From Macrostomum lignano (taxonomy: Eukaryota): 64,000 nucleotides of DNA. Below the pieces are notes generated by a model. That model was not told the DNA's origin. It worked only from the letters and a program-made list of their open reading frames with translations, and made no database searches. This document shows, one piece after another, positions 25,622-37,211 of this stretch (position 1 is its first letter; each line of letters opens with the position of its first letter). The position numbers and the translations under genes are program-made. The stretch covers positions 62,001-126,000 of the forward strand of contig NIVC01000322.1 of assembly GCA_002269645.1 (NCBI GenBank), written 5' to 3'.

Positions 25622-26920
25622 TGACTGATAGCCTGACAGCTCCCTCATGAACATTCAGTGACTGACAGCCTGACAGCTCCCTCATGAACATTCAGTGACT
25701 GACAGCCTGACAGCTCCCTCATGAACATTCAGTGACTGACAGCCTGACAGCTCCCTCATGAACATTCAGTGACTGACAGCCTGACAGCTCCCTCATGAAC
25801 ATTCAGTGACTGACAGCCTGACAGCTCCCTCATGAACATTCAGTGACTGACAGCCTGACAGCTCCCTCATGAACATTCAGTGACTGACAGCCTGACAGCT
25901 CCCTCATGAACATTCAGTGACTGACAGCCTGACAGCTCCCTCATGAACATTCAGTGACTGACAGCCTGACAGCTCCCTCATGAACATTCAGTGACTGACA
26001 GCCTGACAGCTCCCTCATGAACATTCAGTGACTGACAGCCTGACAGCTCCCTCATGAACATTCAGTGACTGACAGACTGACAGCTCCCTCATGAACATTC
26101 AGTGACTGACAGCCTGACAGCTCCCTCATGAACATTCAGTGACTGACAGACTGACAGCTTCCTCATGAACATTCAGTGACTGACAGCCTGACAGCTCCCT
26201 CATGAACATTCAGTGACTGACAGACTGACAGCTCCCTCATGAGCATTCACTGACTGACAGCCTGACAGCTCCCTCATGAACATTCAGTGACTGACAGCCT
26301 GACAGCTCCCTCATGAACATTCAGTGACTGACAGCCTGACAGCTCCCTCATGAACATTCAGTGACTGACAGCCTGACAGCTCCCTCATGAACATTCAGTG
26401 ACTGACAGCCTGACAGCTCCCTCATGAACATTCAGTGACTGACAGCCTGACAGCTCCCTCATGAACATTCAGTGACTGACAGCCTGACAGCTCCCTCATG
26501 AACATTCAGTGACTGACAGCCTGACAGCTCCCTCATGAACATTCAGTGACTGACAGCCTGACAGCTCCCTCATGAACATTCAGTGACTGACAGCCTGACA
26601 GCTCCCTCATGAACATTCAGTGACTGACAGACTGACAGCTTCCTCATGAACATTCAGTGACTGACAGCCTGACAGCTCCCTCATGAACATTCAGTGACTG
26701 ACAGACTGACAGCTCCCTCATGAGCATTCACTGACTGACAGCCTGACAGCTCCCTCATGAACATTCAGTGACTGACAGCCTGACAGCTCCCTCATGAACA
26801 TTCAGTGACTGACAGCCTGACAGCTCCCTCATGAACATTCAGTGACTGACAGCCTGACAGCTCCCTCATGAACATTCAGTGACTGACAGCCTGACAGCTC
26901 CCTCATGAGCATTCAGTGAC
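25622..26920. repeat. 37-bp minisatellite (GACTGACAGCCTGACAGCTCCCTCATGAACATTCAGT), about 35 near-identical copies
   Basis: Period 25641 to 25678; no spacers. Confidence 0.98.
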
Positions 26921-27689
26921 CGGACAGGCAGGTCGCGGCCCCAGTCGCCATTCATTTTTCTGTCCGATCCGAGAGCTCCGCACGCTGCTGATGAACTCAA
27001 AACTGCAGCCATTTCAATATTGCCGTCCATATTTGATGCCTGCCCTGTGCCATAAACCAAATTCTAAATATAGAATGATGCGACCTGCCACTCGCTCTCA
27101 GTGCCAGCTCTGATGCTCTGCAAGGGTGGCTTGAAATGCCAGCCATTGCTTTGCAGATTTGCCTCATAAAATTCACTTGATGGAGATGTGCGTGCGTTTC
27201 AGCAGCAAGGTGGATTAAGGCAGGAAGTACAGAAATAAAATAGGTCATGGGTTCGAAATATTGTGCAGAAATTCAAAAATTCAAGTCAGCAGTTTGGACT
27301 TATAATAATTTCCGTAGGCATCAGAACTTTCTAAACGAGTTTTAAAGTTCCTCAAGTACTTTTATTTTGCATTTGCACTTGCGGACATTGAAAATTCCTA
27401 CTAGAACCGAATATCTGGGGCATAAAAATGAAGTGAGCTAATGTTACAACTTAAAGTAAGTGTGGTCACATACAGCTTTGATTTTAGCAGTGCTACATTA
27501 ACATAACTGATTCTGTACACGAAAGCAGAAATGTAAAGCTCGGTGCAAAACAAAGCAAAACAATTTCGAATACAATGCACTAAGGCACTACTCAGTCAGT
27601 AGTTGGCGGGAATGTGGTTGCACTTTATTTAAAACAAAAAGAGACATCAATGGCAAAAAAGACAATGCCTCGGCTGTCCTCTGATTCAC

Positions 27690-28220
27690 CCTGTTGCTAT
27701 CTGGTAGCTACCCTGTTGCTATTTGGTTGCTACCCTGCTGCTATCTGGTAGCTACCCTGTTGCTATCTGGTTGCTACCCTGTTGCTATCCGGTTGCTACC
27801 CTGCTGCTATCTGGTAGCTACCCTGTTGCTATCCGGTTGCTACGCTGTTGCTATCTGGTTGCTACTGTTGCTATCTGGTTACTACCCTGTTGCCATGTGG
27901 TTATTACCCTGTTGCTATCTGGTTGCTAACCCTGTTGTTATCTATGTGGTTGCTACCCTGTTGCTATCTATCTGGTTGCTACCCTGTTGCTATCCGGTTG
28001 CTACCCTGCTGCTATCTGGTAGCTACCCTGTTGCTATCCGGTTGCTACGCTGTTGCTATCTGGTTGCTACTGTTGCTATCTGGTTACTACCCTGTTGCCA
28101 TGTGGTTATTACCCTGTTGCTATCTGGTTGCTAACCCTGTTGTTATCTATGTGGTTGCTACCCTGTTGCTATCTATCTGGTTGCTACCCTGTTGCTATCC
28201 GGTTGCCATCCGGTTGCTAG
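27690..28220. repeat. Degenerate ~22-bp repeat (CCCTGTTGCTATCTGGTTGCTA) with a 205-bp higher-order duplication, abutting the STIM stop codon
   Basis: The same variant series starts at 27781 and at 27986. Confidence 0.9.
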
Positions 28221-31200
28221 CTATTTATTTTTACTTCGCCGCCTTGCCGAACGCCCGGCAAAAATCGACAGCGCCCGAAGTTTTGCCAGTTTGCTGCCTG
28301 CGGCCGCCTTCGACTTCCTGGCGCCGACGGAGGCGTCGCCAGCGTCCGATGGACTCGACGGGGCAGCGGAGATCAGCGAGGCCGCGCGGCTGCTGACAGC
28401 TTCGGGACCGACGGGCTGCGACTGCTGGCGCTCCGGGGACACCCGAGGAGAGTCCACGTCTGCGTAACTGGGGGGGATCGATATCGGGGGTTGGATGGGG
28501 AGATGAACGGACAGACAGACAGACAGATCATAGACACAAGACGGACACAGCACAGACACAGCACGGACACAGCAGACAGCACGGACACAGCACAGACACA
28601 GCAGACACAGCAAAGACACAGCAGACACAGCACAGACACAGCAGACACAGCAAAGACACAGCAGACACAGCAAAGACACAGCAGACACAGCAGACACAGC
28701 AAAGACACAGCAGACACAGCAAAGACACAGCAGACACAGCAAAGACACAGCAAACACAGCACAGTCACAGCACAGAGAGCAGACACAGCAGACACAGCAC
28801 AGTCACAGCAGACAGCACAGACACAGCACAGACACAGCACAGACACAGCAGACAGCACAGTCGCAGCAGACACAGCACAGACAGCACACACAGCACAGAC
28901 AACAGACACACATAGCAGACACAGCAGACAACAGACACACATAGCAGACACAGCAGACAACAGACACACATAGCAGACACAGCACAGACAGCAGACACAC
29001 ACAGCAGACAACAGACACACACAGCAGACACAGCACAGACAGCACACACAGCACAGACAACAGACACACATAGCAGACACAGCAGACAACAGACACACAC
29101 ATAGCAGACACAGCACAGACAGCAGACACACAGCAGACAACAGACACACACAGCAGACACAGCAGAAACAGCACAGACAGCAGACACACAGCAGACAACA
29201 GAACACACACACAGCAGAAACAGCACAGACAGCAGACACACAGCAGACAACAGAACACACACACAGCAGACAACAGAACACACACACAGCAGACAACAGA
29301 ACACACACACAGCAGACAACAGAACACACACACAGCAGACAACAGAACACACACACAGCAGACAACAGAACACACACACAGCAGACAACAGAACACACAC
29401 ACAGCAGACAACAGAACACACACACAGCAGACAACAGAACACACACACAGCAGACAACAGAACACACACACAGCAGACAACAGAACACACACACAGCAGA
29501 CAACAGAACACACACACAGCAGACAACAGAACACACACACAGCAGACAACAGAACACACACACAGCAGACAACAGAACACACACACAGCAGACAACAGAA
29601 CACACACACAGCAGACAACAGAACACACACACAGCAGACAACAGAACACACACACAGCAGACAACAGAACACACACACAGCAGACAACAGAACACACACA
29701 CAGCAGCCGCAGCCTCACCCGTCAGGCACGTGAAACTGAGCCACAGCCAGCAGCTGCTCAGGCCGCTGACCGCAGCTGCGCAGCAGCAGGTCGGAGCCGG
29801 TCTCAAATGAGTGAGCCGAGGCCGCCCCTGAAGGCTGCAGCTGCGGGCTGCCGCTGGCATCCGCGGTGGCCTCCGAGCCCGCAGCGGCGGCGAGAGCGGC
29901 AGCGGAGGTCTTCGGCCAAGTGAGGCCGCTGCCGCAGGCTGCAGGGAGAGCGTCCGCTGAAAAGAAGCGGCCGGATTTTTATAAAGCTGAATAGCCGATA
30001 TGTATCGAAATAATTATAAATAACCAGTTTTAACCATTGAGTCCAAAAAGTTGTGAACTCAGCACTTAGCAGCACCGGAAAGCTTAGATAATCAACCACC
30101 GATATGTATCGAAAAAATAATAAATAACCAGTTCTGACCATAGAGTTCAATAAATCTGTGGACTCGGTACTTAGCAGTACCCGGAAAGCTTAGATAATCA
30201 ATTGCCGATATGTATCGTATAAAACTTTATACACTACAAAAAGCTGCTCACCAGGCCTGGCTGAAGATCTCCTGCGCCCAGCTGCCTGCCGCGGCTGCTG
30301 CATGTCGATGTCGCTGTCCAGCAGCCGAAGAGCTGCAGAGCTGATCGGGCGGGCTAGGTGGGCCGGCACTGTGGCTGTAAGAGGCGGTTTTTTGGAAGAA
30401 ATTTAATTAAAAATAGTTGCACTTTTTCAACTTTTCTACTGAAAGTAGCTGACTGAAAAAACAAAGAAGCAAGAAAAATTCCGGTCCGATTGTCAAAAAA
30501 TAAAAATTAGGAATAATTTTCGAATAATTTCGCGTCTGCAACCAGCTCACCATCCTGCGATAGATTTCTTATGTGCAACTGGCTTCCTGATAGGTGCCGG
30601 GAAACAAACAGGATTTGCTATTGGATTGGACTGACAAGGTGGCGAGGCATTCTATTTGTTTAAGATTGTCATAGTTACTCCCGCTGTTTACCCAGACTCA
30701 AAAAATACCCAGCAACTCCGCACCTCTGTGCCTCAGAACGGCGCCGCCAACAGCCGTGGCGGCAGCGCTGACCGCCGACTTCGGCGCCTCGGCGGCTCGC
30801 TGCGTCACCGCGACGCCTCGCGATGGCTGCTGCATCTCGACGCCCAGCAGCTCCTCGATGCGGGCCCAGCGCTGCATCCGCTCGGAGACGTCAAGCTTGA
30901 CTTTGTCGGCAAATTCCCTGCGGAGTGCGGAGCCGGCTTAGGGGTCATTGGGGCTGAGCTGGGACCATTGGGGCTGAGCTGGGGTCCTTGGGGCTGAGCT
31001 GGTGTCATTGGGGCTGAGATGGGGTCATTGGGGCTGAGCTGGTGTCATTGGGGCTGATCTGGTGTCATTGGGGCTGAGCTGGGGTCATTGAGGCTGAGCT
31101 GAGGTCATTGGGGCTGAGATGGGGTCATTGAGGCTGAGCTGAGGTCATTGGGGCTGAGATGGGGTCATTGGGGCTGAGCTGGGGTCATTGGGGCTGAGCT

Positions 31201-34200
31201 GAGGTCATTGGGGCTGAGATGGGGTCATTGGGGCTGAGCTGGTGTCATTGGGGCTGAGATGGGGTCATTGGGGCTGAGCTGGTGTCATTGGGGCTGATCT
31301 GGTGTCATTGGGGCTGAGCTGGGGTCATTGAGGCTGAGCTGGGGTCATTGGGGCTGAGATGGGGTCATTGAGGCTGAGCTGAGGTCATTGGGGCTGAGAT
31401 GGGGTCATTGGGGCTGAGCTGGGGTCATTGGGGCTGAGCTGAGGTCATTGGGGCTGAGATGGGGTAATCGGGCTGAGCTAGGGTCATCGGGCTGAGCTGG
31501 GGTCATTGGGGCTGAGCTGGGGTCATTGAGGCTGGGCTGAGGTCATTTGAGCTGAGATGGGGTCATTGGGGCTGAGCTGGGGTCATTGAGGCTGAGCTGA
31601 GGTCATTGGGGCTGAGATGGGGTCATTGGGGCTGAGCTGGTGTCATTGGGGCTGAGCTGGGGTCATTGGGGCTGAGCTGGGGTCATTGAGGCTGAGCTGA
31701 GGTCATTGGGGCTGAGATGGGGTCATTGGGGCTGATCTGGTGTCATTGGGGCTGAGCTGGGGTCATTGGGGCTGAGCTGGGGTCATTGAGGCTGAGCTGA
31801 GGTCATTGGGGCTGAGCTGGTGTCATTGGGGCTGATCTGGTGTCATTGGGGCTGAGCTGGGGTCATTGGGGCTGAGCTGGGGTCATTGAGGCTGAGCTGA
31901 GGTCATTGGGGCTGAGATGGGGTCATTGGGGCTGAGCTGGTGTCATTGGGGCTGATCTGGTGTCATTGGGGCTGAGCTGGGGTCATTGGGGCTGAGCTGG
32001 GGTCATTGGGGCTGAGCTGGGGTCATTGAGGCTGAGCTGGGGTCATTGGGGCTGAGCTGGGGTCATTGAGGCTGAGCTGAGGTCATTGGGGCTGAGATGG
32101 GGTCATTGGGGCTGAGCTGGGGTCATTGGGGCTGAGCTGAGGTCATTGGGGCTGAGATGGGGTCATTGGGGCTGAGATGGGGTCATCGGGGCTGAGCTGG
32201 GGTCATTGGGGCTGAGCTTGGGTCATTGGGGCTGAGATGGGGTCATTGGGGCTGAGCTGGGGCCATTGGGGTTGAGCTGGGGCCATTGGGGTTGAGCTGG
32301 GGTTATTGAAGCTGAGCTGGGGTTATTGAAGCTAAGTCGGGGCCATTGGGGCTGAGCTGGTGTCATTGGAGCTGACCTGGGGTCATTGGAGCTGAGCTGG
32401 GGTCATTGGGGCTGAGCTGGGGTCATTGAGGCTGAGCTGAGGTCATTGGAGCTGAGATGGGGTCATTGGGGCTGAGCTGGGGCCATTGGGGCTGAGATGG
32501 GGTCATTGGGGCTGAGCTGGTGTCATTGGGGCTGAGCTGGGGTCATTGGGGCTGAGCTGGGGTCATTGGGGCTGAGCTGGGGTCATTGAGGCTGAGCTGA
32601 GGTCATTGGAGCTGAGATGGGGTCATTGGGGCTGAGCTGGGGTCATTGGGGCTGAGATGGGGTCATTGAGGCTGAGCTGGTGTCATTGGGGCTGAGATGG
32701 GGTCATTGGGGCTGAGCTGGGGTCATTGAGGCTGAGCTGAGGTCATTGGGGCTGAGATGGGGTCATTGGGGCTGAGCTGGTGTCATTGGGGCTGAGATGG
32801 GGTCATTGGGGCTGAGCTGGTGTCATTGGGGCTGATCTGGTGTCATTGGGGCTGAGCTGGGGTCATTGAGGCTGAGCTGAGGTCATTGGGGCTGAGATGG
32901 GGTCATTGAGGCTGAGCTGAGGTCATTGGGGCTGAGATGGGGTCATTGGGGCTGAGCTGGGGTCATTGGGGCTGAGCTGAGGTCATTGGGGCTGAGATGG
33001 GGTCATTGGGGCTGAGCTGGTGTCATTGGGGCTGAGATGGGGTCATTGGGGCTGAGCTGGTGTCATTGGGGCTGATCTGGTGTCATTGGGGCTGAGCTGG
33101 GGTCATTGAGGCTGAGCTGGGGTCATTGGGGCTGAGATGGGGTCATTGAGGCTGAGCTGAGGTCATTGGGGCTGAGATGGGGTCATTGGGGCTGAGCTGG
33201 GGTCATTGGGGCTGAGCTGAGGTCATTGGGGCTGAGATGGGGTAATCGGGCTGAGCTAGGGTCATCGGGCTGAGCTGGGGTCATTGGGGCTGGGTTGGGC
33301 AAGTTGAGGCTTTATATTTGAGTCTGCGACTCTGGGGCCATAGAATCGTATCTGAGGCGTGCCAGAGTCGCTGTAGAGTCACTGAGTTGCGTTTAAAGCG
33401 CATCTGCGTCACTTTATGAATTAGAATCGCATTTTGAATTTATAACAGCTCTATTTAGATTTAGACTACTTAAATTAGTAGAAAGTTAAGCGCTAACACA
33501 ACCGACTCTTTTAAGATTCTGCAGCTCACGTGATGCAGTCGTTTGAGTTGATAAAAATTCACAAGAGTCATACGAGGGCTGTTTAGCGATTCATGCCCCG
33601 ATACCGTTTTCAGGGGTGCTAAGCTGGGGCATCAATCAGTACAGAAACTTACTTGGCCTCAGCAATGCTCATCTCAAAGGTGCCAACCATTTCGGCAGAA
33701 TTGAAGGCGCCCCTGAGCACGCCAATCGCTGAGTTCTGCTTCCGTCTCAGCCGCTCCAGCTGAAAGAGGATGATAGCAAATGAGCAGTTGGAAGCCGCAG
33801 AGCAGAAAATGCTGAACAAGACAGCAGCTCTCACCCCTTCAGATGCTTTGGCCAGTCTCAGCTCAGCCTGCTGCCAGTTCTGCCGGCAGTACCTGAGCTC
33901 ACTCTCCCAGGTCAGCTGCAGCAGAGTCCACAGCTCCGGTGACACCGCAGCGGCTGCGGGTCTTCGCTGGGACTCAGTTTCCAGAGCGGCTCTGAGCTGG
34001 CAGACCTCCTGCTCTGCAAGACGAAGCTTCTCTGCCAGATCTGTTTCCGTGGTGTTCAGCCGCTGACTCGAGAGCCGCCCGGCCTCTGCCTGCGGTGTGG
34101 GAGTGACTCACTGCGGTGTGGGAGTGACTCACTGCGGTGTGGGAGTGACTCACAGCAGTGTGGGAGTGACTCACTGCGGTGTGGGAGTGACTCACTGCGG

Positions 34201-34548
34201 TGTGGGAGTGACTCACTGCGGTGTGGGAGTGACTCACAGCAGTGTGGGAGTGACTCACTGCGGTGTGGGAGTGACTCACTGCAGTGTGGGAGTGACTCAC
34301 TGCAGTGTGGGAGTGACTCACTGCGGTGTGGATGACTCACTGCGGTGTGGGAGTGACTCACTGCGGTGTGGGACTGACGATCATTTCAGAGATCTACCAG
34401 CTCAGAGACTCACCTTCAGGCTGTCGATCTCTTTCTGATAAATATCCTGGAGGCGAAGTCGCTCCGCTCTGTCGAGCTCTCGCTGTTGCTCAGATCTGCT
34501 GAGTCTGATGTGGGCAGTTTGACAGGAATTGGAGACTTCATTTGTCTA

Positions 34549-34589
<41 letters not shown>

Positions 34590-34628
34590 GTCTGTCTGTC
34601 TGTGTCTGTCTGTCTGTCTGTCTGTCTG

Positions 34629-34675
<47 letters not shown>

Positions 34676-34698
34676 GTCTGTCTGTCTGTCTGTCTTTG

Positions 34699-34753
<55 letters not shown>

Positions 34754-34790
34754 GTCTGTCTGTCTGTCTGTCTGTATGTCTGTCTGTCTG

Positions 34791-34829
<39 letters not shown>

Positions 34830-34878
34830 GTCTGTCTGTCTGTCTGTCTGTCTTTGTGTCTGTCTGTCTGTCTGTCTG

Positions 34879-34941
<63 letters not shown>

Positions 34942-34968
34942 GTCTGTCTGTCTGTCTGTCTGTCTTTG

Positions 34969-35057
<89 letters not shown>

Positions 35058-35080
35058 GTCTGTCTGTCTGTCTGTCTTTG

Positions 35081-35121
<41 letters not shown>

Positions 35122-36395
35122 GCCTGTGTCTGTCTGTCTCTGTCTGCCTGCCTCTCAGTCTGTCTGTCTGTCTGTCTGTCTGCCTCTCAGTCTAGTCTGT
35201 CTGTCTGTCTGTCTGTCCGTCTGTCTGTCTGTCCGTCTGTCTGTCTGTCTGCCTGTCTGTCTGTCTGTCTGCCGCTCTATCTGTCATATTATGCTGTTAA
35301 TTACGCACACATTTCTAATAACGAGCATATTGAACCAAAAAATGCTAAGTAAGCTACGCATTCAACCTGAAAGTCGGCATAGCAACTCGCAGCTCACTCC
35401 AGGCAAACAACCGCAGTTCCAGAATGTCAACACCAATTCCATACAGTACTCAATCACCCCCAGCTCTCAACAACACCTGAGCACCCGCAGCCCCAGTTCG
35501 CTGAAAACTGGTCTAAAGCGCCGACATTCACAGTCTGCAACTGCGCATATCAGGCAGCCCTGCCCACCAAAAGCAAGCCAAAGCAGAGCTAGCAAAAGGC
35601 CAGCACTCAAATCACTGAAAGCAGCATTAAAAATGTGTCGTGAGCTCACTTCTCCTGCAGGTCTCCCAGCGACCTCTCGGCATGGTGGAGGCTGTCCAGC
35701 TCCGCAAACACCCGCCTTCGCTGCCGGTCTGTCAGCCGTAGCTGCGCCCACACCGTCCAGGCACCGCCCAGACTGGCCAGCAGACACAGCACCGTCAGGA
35801 AGTCTTTCAGGGGGTTGTGCGCTCCTGGGGATTGCAAGGGGGCTGCTGAGTGAGCTGGGGCTGGAACTGAGGCTGGGAGTGGGACTGGGACTCGGACTGG
35901 GAATGAGAATGGGACTGGGACTCGGACTGGGAATGAGAATGGGACTTGGACTGGGACTCGGAATGGGAATGGGACTGGGACTCGGAATGGGACTTGGACT
36001 GGGACTCGGACTGGGAATGAGAATGGGACTTGGACTGGGACTCAGACCGGGGCTGGGAATGGGACTTGGACTGGGACTGAAGATGTGACAAAATACATGC
36101 AATGAACAAGAAGCCCTACAAAGAGACACAGTGCCAAGGATAACCCAGCAGCAGCCACTCACTCCCCGGCGGCCCGAACAGCACCAGGTCGGTTGCCCTG
36201 ATCGTCAGCTTCCGCTTCTCCGTAGGGCTGAGCGCCTGCGCCAGCGGGGCCACGGAGGGGTGCGGGCTGAGCTCTGTGAGCAGCGGCAGGTGCGGCCCGT
36301 CAATGCCGAGCTCTCTGGCCAGGGGCACCAGCTGGCCCAGGGAGGCGTGGGCTGAGAGCCAGCTGCACACCTGCGGGTTGGTGGGGTGGATGAGC

Positions 36396-36464
<69 letters not shown>

Positions 36465-36685
36465 TACAGACAGGCAGACAGAGAGACACACAGACAGTCA
36501 GACAGACAGACAGACAGAGAGACACACAGACAGTCAGACAGACAGACAGACAGACAGACAGGCAGACAGACAGAGAGACACACAGACAGTCAGACAGACA
36601 GACAGACAGGCAGACAGACAGACAGAGAGACACACAGACAGACAGACAGAATGATAGATAGACAGGCAGACAGACAGACAGACAC

Positions 36686-36718
<33 letters not shown>

Positions 36719-37211
36719 AAGACAGACAGACAGACAGACAGACAGACACAGACAGCCCCACCTCCTCAACAGTCCAGTTGTGCATCTCTGACGCCCGCCA
36801 GGCCCGCCAAAGGTCCAAGGCGTTGCCTTTCCCGCCGCCGCCTTTTCTGCTACCAAAAGCAGCAGCCGCGGCGGTGTCGGCGGGGCTCCGTCCGGCAGCA
36901 TCGGAGCCGCTGTACACCCGCTCGAAACTGTGCACCTGGCTGAGCTCCTCTCTGTCGCTCGTCCGCTGCCAGTCGTGCAGGCGGCGCAGTGCCTCCAAGG
37001 AGGCGGCATCCAGCCGGCAGACGCGGGCATCAACCGCGAACCTGCAGGCGGCAACAGCGGCTGTTCCATCGTCCAGCGAGGACTCGGCGGGATTCGCGGG
37101 CTGCGATTGGCTGGCGAGGTAGTAGGCAGGCCGGGACTGCGAAGCCGCGGCAACCGCCACTATCAGAACCAGCATGCTGACTATGCCAAATGCTGATAGC
37201 CGCTGACTCAT
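28221..37211 (-). CDS. STIM: STIM (stromal interaction molecule), 695 aa; exons 37211..36762, 36370..36163, 35824..35650, 34504..34414, 34089..33835, 33759..33653, 30917..30724, 30374..30252, 29956..29719, 28467..28221
   Basis: Signal peptide; [19 protein letters not shown]; SAM domain ending LVLFGPP; HNPLKDF plus a TM helix; CC1; [12 protein letters not shown] and [14 protein letters not shown] (SOAR/CAD); basic tail. All nine intron phases match; total 2088 nt. Confidence 0.93.
28510..29710. repeat. CA/GA-rich compound minisatellite filling STIM intron 9
   Basis: Units GACACAGCA and CAGCAGACAACAGAACACACACA, read directly. Confidence 0.95.
30945..33300. repeat. 20-bp minisatellite (GGGGTCATTGGGGCTGAGCT), about 117 copies, STIM intron 6
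   Basis: Read directly; variant units recur in higher-order blocks. Confidence 0.98.
33328..33569. repeat. Interspersed GACTC/GAGTC-rich repeat, copy 1 (STIM intron 6)
   Basis: Colinear similarity to 63381-63619, e.g. GGGGCC(A/G)TAGA(A/G)TCGTAT..GCGTGCCAGAGTC..CACTGAGTTG..AAGCGCAT..AAGTTAAGCGC. Confidence 0.8.
34090..34376. repeat. 21-bp minisatellite (CACTGCGGTGTGGGAGTGACT) in STIM intron 4
   Basis: About 13 copies; the terminal unit supplies the acceptor. Confidence 0.96.
34543..35275. repeat. (TCTG)n microsatellite in STIM intron 3
   Basis: Read directly. Confidence 0.97.
35860..36085. repeat. GGGACT/GGAAT-based repeat in STIM intron 2
   Basis: Read directly; source of the GLGLGM and PSPSP pseudo-ORFs. 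Confidence 0.9.
36398..36755. repeat. (GACA)n microsatellite in STIM intron 1
   Basis: Read directly; starts about 6 nt from the donor site. Confidence 0.96.

Noticed and set aside
25622-26920. 37-bp array resembling a CRISPR repeat in length
   Set aside because: Units are head-to-tail with no unique spacers, there are no cas genes, and the context is eukaryotic
25480-27250. Possible exons flanking the 37-bp array on the minus strand
   Set aside because: Short open frames without a recognisable product or unambiguous splice pair
28373-29860. Cys-rich 300-500-aa ORFs (metallothionein- or keratin-associated-like)
   Set aside because: Translation of the CA-rich array in STIM intron 9
34486-36088. 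288- and 519-aa plus-strand ORFs with a GLGLGM tail
   Set aside because: Antisense to STIM; built from TCTG and GGGACT repeats
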